Assembly: GCA_958009085.1 (NCBI GenBank)
Contig: OY253685.1
Location: 186,001 to 250,000 of the forward strand
Direction: 5' to 3'
DNA length: 64,000 nt
Source: Protoeuglena noctilucae
Taxonomy: Eukaryota
A model generated the notes under the pieces. The model was not told where the DNA came from. It searched no databases and saw nothing but the letters and a program-made list of their open reading frames with translations. Positions 23,461 through 37,749 of the stretch are shown in pieces. Made by a program: the position numbers and the translations under genes. Positions within the stretch are counted from its first letter, which is position 1. Each line of letters starts with the position of its first letter.

Positions 23461-26400
23461 CTACCGCCGCTTCCTCCCCGGGCGCTTCCGCGCCACCGTT
23501 TCGTCCGAGTCCGCCGGCCCAGGGCTGCCGGGCGGACTGGGCGACGCCTCGCGACCCCACGCCCCCACCGCACCGCCACGCGTCCGCGCCCGACGCCCCA
23601 CTCCCGCTCCGTCACCCTCCTCATCCACCTCGATGCGCTCCTCTCCCTCCTCGTCGCTGTCGGAAGGTCCCAAGTCCACCGCCGCCCCCGCCGCACGTCG
23701 CGGCATCCAACCCCCGTGCGCCCCTGCCGCCCCGCCCTCCCGCTCCACCTCGATCTCCTCCTCCTCATCGTCGTCATCGTCGTCGATGCTCGGTGACGCG
23801 GCGACCGGGCGCCTCACGGGCGTGCCGGGCCCGCGTGGGGCGCCCCGGGACCCCGCGGCCAGGGATGCGCTGCGTGGGGCCGACCCACTCCGTGCTTGGC
23901 TGTCCCTGTAAAGGTCCTCCGCAGTGCCGCCGAAGGTGCCCGGACGGTCCAGGACGTCCTCCTCCTCTGCACAGGGGAAGAGAGGGACAGCTGAGAGTCA
24001 AAGGTGCACTAGACCTGATTTTACACATGCGACATAGGTGCACAACCATTAAAGGACAGCCATCGCCCCCCTCACCGGACGCCTCGCTTTCCGCGGGTCT
24101 CGTTGCCCCGCGAGCAAAGCGCTTGCCGCGGTGGCCGGTGTGGCGGTCGGTCAGTGCCGTCATGAGGGCGAAGTAGGCGTCCCACCGAGGGTCCGTCTCA
24201 GAGGGCCTGCATGGCGCAGAGGGGGCATGACATGGGTCAGAGTGCATGCTGCTGGCAGTACTGTGCGCTTGCACTGTGAGGGCGTCCGCACCATCCAAGA
24301 CAACCCTCAGCATCAAGCACATTAACAGAGACTCATCTATCACTTCAGTCTCACCTGTACGGCGCTGCCCTCTTCTCCAGCAGGTCCGCTGCCGCGCCTG
24401 CGTCCCCCGCCGCCATCCGCGCCACAAACGGTGACACTCCAAGAGACAAAAACTCCTGGCCCGGGGGCGGCTGCGAGGGCGAGATGATAAAGCGGGTGTT
24501 GCGTGCAGGGAGCGTGAGATGGATTGCCACAGGAGACGACCAGCGCAAGTGAACTGCCAGCAATCACAAATTCCATGCACCCTTAGTACACCCCACCCCA
24601 CCCACCGCCCCACCCCACCCCACGCACCTCGTGCCTCCCCGCCGACCCCGGCAGCGTGCCCGTGGGGAAGACCCTGTTAATGCCCTCGAGGACCAGGACT
24701 CGCATGGCGGGGGCGCTGGCGTGGGGTCCGTGGAAGAGGCGGGCGACGTGGTCCGTCAGGGGAGGCATGCGGTCCGACGCCTGAGGGGATGAGGGAGGTG
24801 AGGGAGATGGGGAGATGGGGAGATGGGGGAGATGAGGGAGATGAGAACATGAGGGAGGTGGGCATAGAAGTGGGGCGTGGAAGCGGGGGAGTGCAGGCAT
24901 GTCTAGGACTGCGCATGTGAACATGGTGAGCCACCCCTCACACCTGCCGCCCCTCGCGCCGGCACGACTCGAACGCCACCGCGATCCCCGCCGCCACCAC
25001 GCGGGCGAAGTCCTCGGGGCCCTCGCAAGCGGCGCGCACGCGCTTGGCCGTGGCGCGGAGGAGCTCGTCGACGCGGTCGCCGTGGCAGGCGGCCTGGCCC
25101 AGCACGCGCCCCGCCAGCGCCCTGGCCACGTCGCTGCCGGGTGGCCCCGCGCCCATCCCGTGGCACGCCAGCTTGCAGAGGGGCACCAGCGCGCGGCACT
25201 TGGCGTCCTCCACCTCCTCCGCCGCGGCCTCGCGGAGCCGCGCGGCGTCGGGGTTTGCCTCGGCGTCGTCCGCGTCGTCAGCGCCCTGCAGAGGTGGCAA
25301 GGTAGCCAGGCGGGTCGTGCGTGGGTAGCAATGGGGGTTATGCGTGGGTAGCAATTAAGGGTTCATATTCCGCATGGAGAGTGCGAGAAACATTGCTAAG
25401 CACACTGACACAGCGGCACTTGCTTAGAACGACAGCGGTGTCATGTAGTGGCAGCCCATGGGATGCCCCAACTCTTCCTGACAGCCGCACCTGGGCTTCG
25501 GGCGCCCGCTTCGCCAGCACGGGCTCCGCCGCGCCCCACAGGGCGTCCGCCAGGCTCATGGTGAGGGGGATGGCGAGGCCTCGGAAAGAGTCATGGGCGA
25601 GGACGGCGGAGTGGGGGGAGCCCAGGAGGACGAGGAGGTCCGAGAGCACTTGGGCAGCCTGGGGGACAGGGGAGAGGTTGGTGGGTGTTGGTGGTGGGGT
25701 GGTGGGTAGGGGCGACAGCGAGGGGCGTACATGTAAGACGAGGTGGATATCACGAATGTGGTGTTGCTGCCTCTTTCGTAACACACCCACAACCAGGGAT
25801 CTTGCCTGTGCCTTGCTCTCCACGCATGCCTCCCCCTCCACAATGGACGACAGGTGCGCCACGGCCGCCACGCACGCGTCCTCCACGTCTCTCACGGCCC
25901 TCCTCTCAACGGCCTGGGAGGAAAGCATAGGCGAAACAGATGGATAGCAGCATTGACAACACCTCTGCTGATCGTGATGACGCTAGTAGTGGAGGAAAGG
26001 GAGGGGCGAGGGCATTTGATGGATGGCGCCCAGCAAAGCGACCCTCGCCAAGTCCCATAGATGGCCATGATGCCTGCGCCACCCTGCGTGCCATCCCAAC
26101 CCCCTCCCACCACCCGCACGCACCTCTTGCCCCGCCAACTCTCCCAGCCGGTCCGCCAGCAGCGTGAACATCAAAGCAGCCAGGGCTCGCGTCACGCCTG
26201 GGCCGTAGTCCCTGCCCCCAGCCATCGCCTCCAAGGCCCGGCACACCGTCTCCTGCGCAGAAGAAAGCACGAAACATCGCACCGTGACGCCGCAGCCTCA
26301 CCTCTTACCAGCAGCGCCGCCGATGCCAAGACCGCCATGACAAGGACCGTCTCACGCCCTCCCTCACCAGCGCTCCTGCCTTGACCGGCAAGGCCCCCGC

Positions 26401-29400
26401 GTCCGGCGCCGCCGCGTGCGCCGCCAGGGTCCTCTCGGCGGCCGCCCTCATGGCGAACAGCGCCGGGTCCCTGTCCACAGCACCCGCACTTCCCTCTGCC
26501 TCGTACACCACCTCTGCCGCCACCGCCTCCCCCAGCTCCTCCTCCCCCAGCTCCCCCGCCCTCTCCTGCGCCTCCCGCAGCTGCGCCACGGCTTCCTCGG
26601 CCATCGATGCCCGCACCACCGCGGCCACCTCCCGCAGAGAGGCGGGGCCGGCCGTGGCGCCCTTGGCCACCGCTCGCGCGCACGCCGCCAGGCAGGAGGG
26701 GTCAGAGTGCTTGAAGAAGATGTCCTGGGGTCGAGTGAGATGCGTGTGGTGTTATGTGATAGGTGACCATGATACACCGGCATGGACAGGCGACGGGTGC
26801 TGGCGCTTTAAGCCATCTGCGCCCCTGCCCCGTCCATCGCCACAGTGACAGCCCCAGCCACCCTGGCACCCCTCTCCGCACCTTAACGACTCCCAGCAGC
26901 GCCTTGTACGCCCCCTCCTCCTTCTTCAGTGCGAACGTGTCCAGCTTCAAGTGGGGCAGGACAGACACCAAAGCCACGCACCGATCCGCGTTGCCCTGGG
27001 GACATGTAAGGGCAAGATAAGGTTAGAGACGTGCACAAAATTGGTACATGGTGTAGTGCTAGCTTATCTGCGTACATGTTCACCCAACAGCACCCACCCA
27101 CCCATCCAAAGCACCCATCCCACACACACACACCCCCACGCTCGCTTGCCTGGAATCGCCTGAGCAGCCGCGGCATGGGTCCCAGCAGCGCCGTCGTCGC
27201 CCCCTGCCGGTGACGAGACGCGGCGTCCTTTGAGGCTTTGCTGGGGGGGCCACGGCCCGGGCGAGCTCCCGGTGGAGAGGCGGCTTCCTCCACAGCAAAC
27301 CGCACCACACGGCAGAGGTTGGTGAGGGCCTTGGCGGAGCGCCAGGGCGCCTCCTCGTCCTCCAGGGCACCTAAGGGGATGAGAAGAGGAGAGTGGGAGA
27401 TGGTATGGTTAACGATTGAGCCAGATCATGGGACTTGCCTACAATAAAAACAGCGTCCAGTCCGTGACTGCCATTGCAACACATCGCACCCCAGCATATT
27501 ACTCACCCGCGAGCAGCGTCCAGTCCGTAAGCGCCGGGACGTGGGGCACGAGGGCCGTCACAGCCCCCCGCACCACGGCCGTGTCGGCAGCAGATGCGTC
27601 ATGGCCTGTGGTCGCAGCTGCGCGGGCGTCGTCCTGAATGCTCTCCAGCAAGGACAGAAGGCCGTCCAGCTGGAGCTCCGAGGTGCTGAAGGGCCTGGGT
27701 GGGGAGCAACGGAGGAGGGGTAATGCATCGCAGGTACAGAGAGGTGAGCGTGGGTGGCAACGCGGGCAGCTGAGGCTGCGGTCAGTGTGGCGGGTGGCGC
27801 GGGTAGCAGGAGCAACACTCGCACAGCATGCAAACAGTGTGCAGCATCAGCATCAGTGGGGTAACACCAAGTCACAATCGCGGCTGCCCGGCTCGCCTGG
27901 CAGGTGCGGGCGGCGCCCCGCGCCCCCCCTTGCGCCCCTTCGCCGCGCTCGCGGCCTTCTCTGCCCCCACCGCCATCGCCCGCCGACCCAGGTCCTCGAG
28001 ACTGCTTGACACGAGGGCCCCCGCGGCCGCTCGGACGTCCGCGTCGGGGTCTGCCAGGAGTTTGAAGGTGCCGTGGACCTCGGAGGCGGGGAGGCGCTGG
28101 ACCTCGACCATCCTGGGTGGTGAGGGGGGAGGGGTGGGTGAGGGTGGGTGGAAGGGTGAGGGTGGCGGTCGCGGGGTGGGTGGTGAGGGTGGAGGGGTGA
28201 GTGCGGGAGTCGAGAAAGTGACAAGGCTGACTGGCATTGCAAACACGACTTGCTGTGGCACACCAGTACATAACACCGCGCATCGCAGCTCTCCCACCTG
28301 GCGAGCAGCCGCAGGGTGGCGGCCACGACGCCGTCGTCGACGTCCCCAGTCATCTCCATGATGCGACCCCCGAAACGGCCCAAGAACTCCGCCATGGGAG
28401 GGACGCACGCGGGGTCGTCGAGGAGTGCGCGGACGGCGCCAACGGCGGCGCGGCGCACGGGGGCTGACCGGTCCGACAGGGCCCACGCCAGGTACTTGAG
28501 ATAGGCGTCGTTGAGGAAGCGGCCGGGGAGCATCCGCGCCCACTCGCCCACCGCCGACACCACCATCGCCCGGACGTCCTCGTTGGTGTCGCGGAAACGC
28601 TCGCCGGACTGGGGAGGGCGGGGCAGGAGGGGGGCAGGAGATGACCGCCACGCTGGTCACTGACACGCTAGTCAGACTAATGTACCCTGTGCATGCTGTG
28701 TTCTCGCCACAACCGTGCGCAGCATCTCCACCGCAATGCCACCCTTGTTAGCACTTTTGTTTGTGCGAGTGCTGCGATCTCACCACTGCTTTGTGTAGCA
28801 TCTCCATGACCTCCCCGACCCCCTCCCGCGTCTCCACGTGCTGGTCCACCTGGGCCTGGAGCGCCTCCACCCGCGCGGCACTCTGGTAAGAGATGGGCAT
28901 GTCGAATTGGGACGATTGCATGGGAACACACGCAGACCATTGAATCGGTGCATACCTGGCGGTGATCAACCCGACGCACGAAGCGCCCAAGTTATGGGAC
29001 GCAGTGGACAGGCAACTGCCAGCCAGCTGACCCAGCTACTCGTCCGCTACCCAGCCCACTGCACAGCTGCCCAGTTGTCCCCACCCACCTTGCCCTCCTT
29101 GCCCTCCTCAACTACCTATCATCACTGCCTAGCCCAACACCTCACCGCACACTCCATTACCCAGCCCCACCCACCTTGCCCTTCTTCGCCTCCTCGGCCG
29201 CCAGCTGCCTCTGCGCCGTCTCCATGGCCTCCTCCACGCTCCCCATCACCACGCACAGGCTGCGCATGACCTGGCATGCCGCCACCGTCGCGCACAGGCG
29301 GAACTGCGAAGAGTGTGATGGGAAGTGGAGAAGTCATGGGCAAAGCAGGCATGGAAGGTGTTGTCATGAAAAAGCGGCAGCGAGCGCAGTCTATTATGAC

Positions 29401-31043
29401 GCACCTGTGTGATGGATGCCTTGGACAGCACGCCCAGCGTGGCCACGACCTTGGGCACCATGACGTCATCCAGCAGAGAGCCCTGCGAGAGAGGATGAAA
29501 TGCATAGCATAAATACGATAGGTAGATGTCAACATATTGACTGTGACCATAGAAGGGACTCTGCAGCCTCTTGTCGTGGCTGGCCACGCCCGCCGCCCCT
29601 CCACCGCCCGCACCGACCCTTCCACCCACTTCACAGCAGCGCAGCCTGGCTCTCGCCTGTGCGAAGAGGCCGCTGACGAGCTCGTCCAGCAGGCCCTCGA
29701 ACGCGGTGCGGAACGTCGCGCCTTTGCGCCCCGCGAGTGGTGTGTGGCCGCCCTCCCGCACCGCCTCCTCCACCAGGGCGCCCACCGCATCCTCCAGAGG
29801 GCCGTCCACCTGAGAGAGCGAATGGTGAGTGGTGGATGCTGATCGAAGGCGTGATGGCCTGGCTGAGGACGTTGGGTGTTGGGAGCACACTTAGCCAGCC
29901 GCCTGGGCCGAGTGGACTAGTGCTGGCCCTCTAGTACATATCATCCATGCTCAGGCGAAACGGCCCAACCTCCCCGCCTCCAAGCAGCATCCGCACGTCG
30001 CACCTGCAGGTCGGCCTGTGCTTTTGCGAGGGCGCGGTCGGATCCAGCCGCCTGGACCAACAGCGACAGCACCCGCGAGACGGCGTCGAGGACCCCCGCC
30101 CTGTCCCGGTACAGCTGGCACACGGCCTGCGCCGCGGCGCGCACGGCGTTCGGGCGGGACTGACAGATCTGCAGGATACGGGGCAGTGGCCGCATGAATG
30201 TGAGGGCAGGCACAATGCACCGGCAGTGCTTGGCGTGTTGTGGGGCAGATGAGAACGGCATACCTCAAAAAGAGACAGGTCCGTCGGAAGAGGCTGGACG
30301 ACCGCGGCAGGAGACTCGGCGTTGGCCTTTGCAGCAACCTGAAAGGGGCGCAGCAGCACGGGTATCCAGCGCCGCCCTCACGTCTCAGCCCCCTGCCCTG
30401 CCGCAGCCCGGGAGCGAGCTGGCGGTGGGCAGCGGGCGTCACCTTGCGCTTCTTCGTCGCCGGGCGCGTCTTGGTTCTGGCCGGGCCCGCCTCTGCGTCC
30501 CAATCACGGTCCCTGGGCCCAGCCTCCTCATCTGAGACGTCCTCCGCGGGGTCCGAGGGCTCCCTGCGACGCGCTTACGGGTTTACGGTAATCTCAATCG
30601 ATCCCTTTGACAATAAACGAGGCATCTAGCGCGATGGCGTGCCCGGCGGAGGTGGTTGAGGGGTGTGGAGTCGCTTGGCAACAATGCACACCAGCCGCGG
30701 CCAAGTGGGTATCTGAGCCAACTGCATGGAGCAATTGGACGGCAGGAAACTGCAGAGGGTGCGTATGGAGGCCCTCGTGACGACCCGCGGCCCCGGCAGC
30801 CCCATCGGATTCGGTGCCTCTGGCGAGGCGGCCCAGGAGCGTCAGCAGCACATCTCGGATGGATCAGCGCGTTCAGGTCAGTACATGTGACCAAGAGACA
30901 ACGACGAGCGGCTCCAGCGCAGCGCTGCGACGTGCTCCGCGGCACGACACGCACAGCGTGGGGCCCCAACGGACTCGCCTGTAGTCGACCGGAGCCCTCA
31001 CACCCGCGCGGGCGCTCCTCCTCCCCCTCTTGTCGGTGCTCAT
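23461..31043 (-). CDS. SCC3: Cohesin subunit SCC3/SA (STAG + SCD domains), ~18 exons
   Basis: ERFRDTNEDVRAMVVSAVGEWARMLPGRFLNDAYLKYLAWALSDRSAPVR..FLGRFGGRIMEMTGDVD is the stromalin conserved domain. HEAT-like body, acidic/basic C-terminal tail. Confidence 0.92.
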
Positions 31044-32233
31044 GGCGGAGCGACGCCCGGCGCGCCCAGCGATTCAAAGTCTGGGCAGCTGCGCGCCGCG
31101 GGGAGGCAGCGGCTGGCACGACCCCAGGCGCGGCCCGCAGTCCACCTCAAAGCCTGGGTCGGACTCCTCTGGACAGCGGGCGGCTACTGGCCAACTCCGC
31201 AAATGATGGCGCCGGGTCTGGCAGCAATTTGCTCCTTCATGCGCCCCAAGCAAGAGCAGAGAGGGCGCTCAAGGACTGCCACTGAGCGGCCTCGGTCACC
31301 GCAATGATGCGGGCGTCGCGGCGCGCGTCCAGGCAACGCGGGCGGTGCTCTGGTCTCACCCGCCACCCTGACGTTTAGGTGTCAGGCCCCTCCCGCGCTC
31401 TTGGGGAGCGTTGCGCGGCCCAGAGGCGGCCACAACGGCTATGTTCGATTCGTCGTAGCTGCCCGTGATTGGATCTTCGCGGCAGATCAGCCTCAGGAAT
31501 CGAGCGCCGACAACCAGCGCCGGGCCCACCCAGCGCCGAGCTACGTCGCGCTCTCCACCAACTTGTTCTCCTTGCCTCACACGCGTGCCAGGCCTCCGAT
31601 CTCGTCGGCCCTTCCCTTCGGTCGGTGCCGGTCCTCTCGTCCTAGGTCCCCGCCCCGCCTCCGGACGTGCGTGGGAGCCCCGCGAGTCGTCCAGCCTCCG
31701 TGAGACCGTCGGCGATCGACGGCGTGGCCCCGCGAGCCCCGGCGACGATGCTGGGCAGGGTCGGTGATGGCGGTGGGAGCTCCACCTGCGTGGACAGGCG
31801 AGCGGCCGCTGCCGGGCGCAGAAACCCACGCCGGGTTTGCACTGGAGGTGGTCCGCCTCCGGGCGACGCGCCTGACGGCCGCGGGCGTGCGTTGCGGGCT
31901 CCCTCGTGCGTTGACGCTCCGAGGCGGGCGCCTTTCCTCCGCGCGTCCTCTCTCGTGCCCTGCGGACTCGATTTCGCGCGCGTGGAGTCCCCTTGGCGCA
32001 ACGCCGGGCCTCGAGGCCGGGCGGAGGCCCGCAACGGCCCCGCGAGGTCCGCCTCGCCGGCTCCCGGCCTCCGCCGCCCGATGCCGCCCGCCGTTGGCTC
32101 GATGGACTCGTAAAATCGATATGGTGTCGCTCCGCGCGCATGCCAGGCCCTCTGCGCGCGCTGCGGGGGCCAACTGGGCTCCCCTGCTCGGCCCGCGCGC
32201 GCTCTCCCGGGCGCGTGGCCGCCTCGATGTGCG

Positions 32234-35200
32234 ATGTCTATTGCGCCTGGGGTCCGTGTATGTCGGGACGGGAAGATTCCAGCTCTGCAGGACGCGGATC
32301 CGTTGCGCTGGCCGGCCATGTATGCTCGAGCACGCGTGAACGGGATCCGCGCTCCCCGCGACCGCCCGCGTGCCACCCCCCCGCAGGGTCCTCTCGGAGC
32401 TGTACCACATCGATGGGGACGACGGCAAGAGCGTCAGCGACTTGCTGCAGAATTTCGTGAGGCCGGGCGGCCGGTGCGGTCCATGGGACGGCTGTGGCCC
32501 GCGAGCCGGTCGGAATCACGCCCGCCCGCTCGCCTCGCCGCGCAGGTATTACATCAACCCCTCCGCCTCCCCGGCCTGACCAAGGCCGTGTCGTCCCTGG
32601 CCAAGTCGGGGCAGGCACGCAAGGCGGCCCTGGCCGTGCGCAACAGCCCCATCAACCCCGACATCAAGCTCATCAACGCAGCCATGCCGTGAGTGATGCG
32701 CTGCGCGGCGCTTTGAGCGACCCGGGCCGTCACACTCTCGCCGTGAGCGCGCGTTACCTGCACCCACGTCCCCCACCCGCCCGCAGCAATCAGACGGCCT
32801 GCGAGGCCATGGACCTGTACAACCTGGCCCTCAGCAAGGGCCTCATCCCCGATGTCTACACCTTCTCGTCGCTCATCACGGTGCTCTCCCGGGAGCAGCG
32901 CGTCTCTGAGGCCTGCCGCATGTTCATGGGCATGCTGCGGGTGAACGTCGTGCCCGACCAGCACGTCGTGTGCTCCATGATCACCGCCCTCCGCTCCTAT
33001 TGGAAGGTGCGGGCCTTGTCGGGACGCATGTGCTGCACTTGCTTGCGCCGCAGCCGTGCTTTGTCGATTGTGACCTGCCACGCCCACGCGTGCATTTGCA
33101 GGCGGCTGAGACGGTGTTCATCCGCTGCCTGGCCGTGGGGCTGGATCTGGTCCAGTGCCTCCAGGCCTGCGTCGAGTCGGAGGAGGAGGAGGCGGGGGCT
33201 CCCACGACCGAGACCACCCCGCATGCCCTCATGTCCCCCGCACGCTTCGGTGTCATTGGGTCCAAGGACGCCACGCCTCGCGCCGACGGCACCAACTGGA
33301 GCTTCCTTAGCTCCATGTGGGACAACGCGCAGGTGACGGGTGGCGCAGAGACATGGATCAGATGAGAGGATGGCGAGGGTGATGAGCAACTATGCCGCCG
33401 ACACCCCTGCTTCCGCCTCCTCTCTGCAGGATGCTTCTGGCATTTCGAGCACCCTGGACTTCAACCTGGGATCCCCCGAGCGCGTCCCTGGCCTTGCGGC
33501 TCACGCAGCGGGCACTGGCACCGGCACTGGCACGCCGCAGGACAAGGCATCCGAGGGCTCGCAGTCCCAGTCGCCCTCGCGCAACTCCGTCGAGCTGAGC
33601 CCCGCCGGCCTCGTCAACGGGCCTCACCTGCCCCAGACCCCCGTCAAGGTGAGGAGAGCTGCGGGATGACGCGCGATTGTCGTGGAATGGAGGGCTGGGC
33701 TTTACATCGGCACTGCGTGCGTGTGGGGGGAAGAGACTGGGCTCGTGGCCCATAGCAGCAAAGAGAGCGGAGTTGCCAAAGTGGATGAGCATGACGCGTG
33801 GGTGGTCTCCCTTGCAGGGCGCTGGGACCGTGCCGCTGCCGGGCATGGCCCCTGGCCCGGAGTCGCAGGAGGAGCAGACGGCGAACGTCCAGGAGTTTCT
33901 GAAGGTGTGAAGATCGTGCTGTGACCCATGGGGTGCGATGCGGGTGCTGCGAGGGTGCCATGCTGCAGCGTCTGTTCGGCATTTGCGTGCCTGGGTGAGG
34001 GACATGGGTATGTGAAGGCATCCCGAAGCCTGCATTCTCATTTGCCCTTTCCGCAGAATTTGGACGGGTTGATGGGGGAGCTGGCGGCCCACCAGCGCAC
34101 GCGCCGCCTTCGCGCCCCCAACGTCATGTGCTGCAATGCTCTGCTGGGCGCCTACTCCAAGTGCCAGCAGACGGACCACGCCATGGCCCTCCTCGATTGG
34201 ATGGAGTCGTCGTCCAAGATTGACACCCGCATCATCCCTGACGCCATCTCCTACAACACCGGTGAGGGCCACGGAGTCGTGGTACGGTGCGGGGATGCAG
34301 TGCTGCGTGCCATGGCTGCCGACGGCGACCTTGGCGCGTTTGTGGATGGTCCAGCTGTTCTGCGTTCCATGGCTACCCACGCCGCCGACCTGCCCATTTG
34401 TTGTATGCATGCCACAACCTGGGACACCTTCGCTGCCCACCCATCTCCCCGCAGTCATCGCCCTGCTGGCTCGCAAGGGCCACGCCGAGCAGGCCCTCCA
34501 CGTCTACCGCCGCATGGTGCAGCACGGTGTGTCGCCCAACCCCACCACCTCCACCCTCGTGGGCAACATCCTGCACCTGAGGGACCCCACCCGGCCCTCC
34601 ACAGACGCCCACCTCTCGCGCAGCCCCGCGCAGACCCCGGACATGGTGAGCGCGCACAGCGATGGCGGGAGATGTGAATGGATAGCAACGCGTGCATCAT
34701 GCACAACGGTGTGGGTGCACAGGTGCTGCTCAGGTGCTGTATGCTCTGTGATGAGGGGCGATGTTGAAGCATGGCTGAGCATGACGCATGGCACGCTGCT
34801 CGGCACCCACGCACGCACGCCTTGCCTGCCCACTCGTCGCAGGGTGTCTTCCGGCCTGGCGCTGCCCAGCAAGCCATGGCCCGCGGCGCCCGCTACAGCC
34901 ACGGGTCGCGTCCGACCGGGGCCTTCCCCAACGCTTCAGCCGCCGCGGCTGCTGCAGCCGCAGCCGCCGCCCCCGTCCCGCCCCCCGCCCGCGGCCTGCC
35001 GTTCCCCTCCCACGCGGACCAGTACCGTGGCTACGCGGGCGGCAGTGCCCACGTGATGGTCACTGCGGACGGCGTCCCTCTGCCGCCTGGCACGGGCGGG
35101 GCGGGGTTTGCAGGGTACCAGGCGTCTGGTTACATGGGCCCCGCAGGCGCCTACCCGTCCATGGTCCCCGAGGCTGGGACGGACCTGTATGGGGCATTCC

Positions 35201-36351
35201 CTGCTGACTCGCTCCTGGGGCCCTCGTCCCTCCTGGGGTTTCAGGCGAGCAAGCACGTGCTGCGCTGCGCTGTGTTGTGCTGTGCTGTGCTGTGCTGCAG
35301 ACATGGGACTTATCGCATGCCAGCACAACTGGCTCTTGCTTAGCACTACTGCCACACGACACGCACCCTCCCTCCCTCAGCAACAACTCGCAAATCTCAC
35401 TCGCATCCCTCCGCCCCTCGACTGCAGGACGCGGCGTCCGGGTGTGCATCGGGCCTCACGCCCCGCTCCCTGCCCCCCAACGCGGCCCCCTTCATCCCCC
35501 AGAGCCTCAGCCGCACCTCCGCCCCGGGCGCCCCGCCCCGCCATCCGATGAACCAGGCGCCGCTGGACGCCGCGCGTGGGTCGCCCTATGCGCCCATACA
35601 GCCGAGCCAGGGCCGGGGCCGAGGCACGGGCCTTCCGCGCCTGCCGCCCGGCCAGCACACCCAGGGTTTCTTTGAGCTGGACGGTGCGTCTCAGTACCCG
35701 CCCCACAACGGCAACCCCGACGTGTACGCGGGCGCGGGTGGGGGTAATGTGTCCCAAGGCAGGCACTCGACGGACTCGTACTACGGCCCGGCCTCTGTGC
35801 TGGGCGATGCCTACTGCACCCCTCAGCTCCTCCCGGGGCCCCTCGCCAGCGAGCTGCCCTTCTCAGACGCCCAGCTGGCTGCCCTGCACGCCTTAGCGGC
35901 GCAGCTGGCGGCGAGCAGTGACGCGGGGGCTGGGCATGGGCAGGAGGCCCAACAGGGGCAGCAGGGTGGCAGGTGAGGGGCGGTTGGGGTTCTAGGAGGT
36001 GCTAGGGTGTGGAGGCTATGGTAAGGAGTGGTGAATGGTCACGGTGAGCGGTCGTGGCGAGTTGGGACCTGGTGCCTGGGCGAGCTTGCATGGGTGTGGG
36101 TGGAGGTGTGCCGGGCGACCTGCGCTGCGACCAGCTCATGTACTCTGGCGCTTGATGCTTAGCATGGAATGCGAAACAATGGAAACGCTTTCCCCCGCAG
36201 TGGCGCCCTGTGGAGCCACAACCACGGCCCCCTGGCGGCGGCTGCTGCCTTACGCATGCTGTGGGCGAGTGCAGAGGAGAGCGGGGACGAGGGCTATGCC
36301 GGGGACAACCTGAGCTTGCTCATGCGACGCATGGGCATCGCCAGGGACTGA
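32234..36351 (+). CDS. Pentatricopeptide-repeat (PPR) protein with two PPR clusters and a low-complexity C-terminus (5' end uncertain)
   Basis: PPR-type repeats: PDIKLINAAM, GLIPDVYTFSSLITVLSREQRVSEACRMFMGM, VVPDQHVVCSMITAL, PNVMCCNALLGAYSKCQQTDHAMALLDWM, and PDAISYNT|VIALLARKGHAEQALHVYRRMVQHGVSPN. Confidence 0.85.
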
Positions 36352-37749
36352 GGGCGGAGGACCCTTGGCCCTGGATGGCATTGGAGACGGTGTGGTGGTC
36401 GCATCGTGATGCACGATGCACCGCACGCCTGGCGAGTCCCTGCTTGGGTCCCCGGGCCTCTCCTCTCACAACACAGCACATGGTACACGCCTTCTCGGCA
36501 TCGCCATCTTGCTTGCACGGGTGGCGGAGTGGTGGCATGCAATGCTGACGGCGACCCTCTGCAGCCCCACCCTTGCCGACCAATATGCCCGCCCTTGTGA
36601 CCTCGGCTGCCGCATCCCACGGCCGATGTCTCTGCGCCCCTTCACTATCTGCACACCGCCCTTGCGACACCTTAGCCCCCCCCCACAAATCCGAGGCGAC
36701 CCCGCAATCACAGCTTCGTGTCGTCGTGTTCGCCCCACCGATCGCTCGATGCCGCCCGTCGCTCGTTGACCCCCCCCCCCCCCACCGTCCCTTTTTTGGG
36801 GAAAAGACGATCCGCAGCGATCTCACGTCGATCCCACCGTTTCCCTGCCACGCCGAGACTGGCGCCCTGACCAGAGCTGACCACTCGTCGCCTTGCGATG
36901 GTGCCCTGCCCAGCTGTGCCACGCGCAGCCGTGCCGTGCGCAGCTGAGCCACCCCGGCCGGGGCTCGTTCCGGAGCAGCCGGGGCGCGGGGCGCCGTCGT
37001 GAGCAACAGTGAGTGTGATGGGATGTGAGCGGACTAAGAGCACACTCCGGGATAGGAGCCCCACTTCACGAGCACAAGCACAAGCACACTAGCGGTGCAG
37101 ACGCTGCCTTATGCCTTGGCGCCCACCTGTCCCACCCCTTTCGGTTCCAGTGCGGCCCTTCCCACCCCGCTGCGGCCAGCAAGGCCGCGCGCACCCCTGC
37201 AGCTGCCCCCTCCACCCCTCCCTCCACGGCGATGGCGCGATGCTGTGCCCCCCTCCCCTGTCTTGCCATGTAGCCACGAGGAGGAATGTCTCGTCATAAA
37301 ATGCGCATGCCTTTTCGCGCGCAGCAAGCAGCATGGCCAGCGTTGAAAGTAAGCGCTGTAAAACCTGCGCTGCAGCTCGCATGACGGCCCCCTCGATGCG
37401 TGAGCTTCGTTCATCGCCTCCGCCAATGCCAAAGCGTCAGGATAAAAACCCTGTTTCCTGTGTCGGGCGGACACGTGTGGTGAAAATCCATTTGCTCGTG
37501 CGCCCATGCATCGCCACCACCACAACCGTAATTGGCGTAATTGCTTGGATGTTGTGACAACCTTGTAATCGCGTGTGATTTTGCACCACAAGCCTGTGCC
37601 GCGGCCCCGCTGCGTGTCGACAGGGGACGCTGTGCAGCCTGTAAGATCCTTTCATCCTCGCTAGGTTGCTGAGCGTGCCGGGCGCTGTGCTGCCGGCCGG
37701 CGGGGGCTGCTCTCAGCGCGGGCATCTGGTTGCCCTCGGGACCTGGGCG

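Noticed and set aside
30040..30060. Apparent GC donor CAG|GCGGCT in SCC3
   Set aside because: The reading frame continues plausibly (VQAAGSD..DLQ) to a GT donor at ~30003, so it was not counted among the GC introns.
35257..35297. (TGCTG)n tract giving Cys-rich CAVLC repeats
   Set aside because: It is an intronic microsatellite downstream of the GC donor at 35245.
36360..37700. Small genes or an element in the PPR-CYBDOM intergenic region (ORFs 37066-37591, C14 run at 36770)
   Set aside because: No consistent splice model, homology cue or terminal repeats were found.
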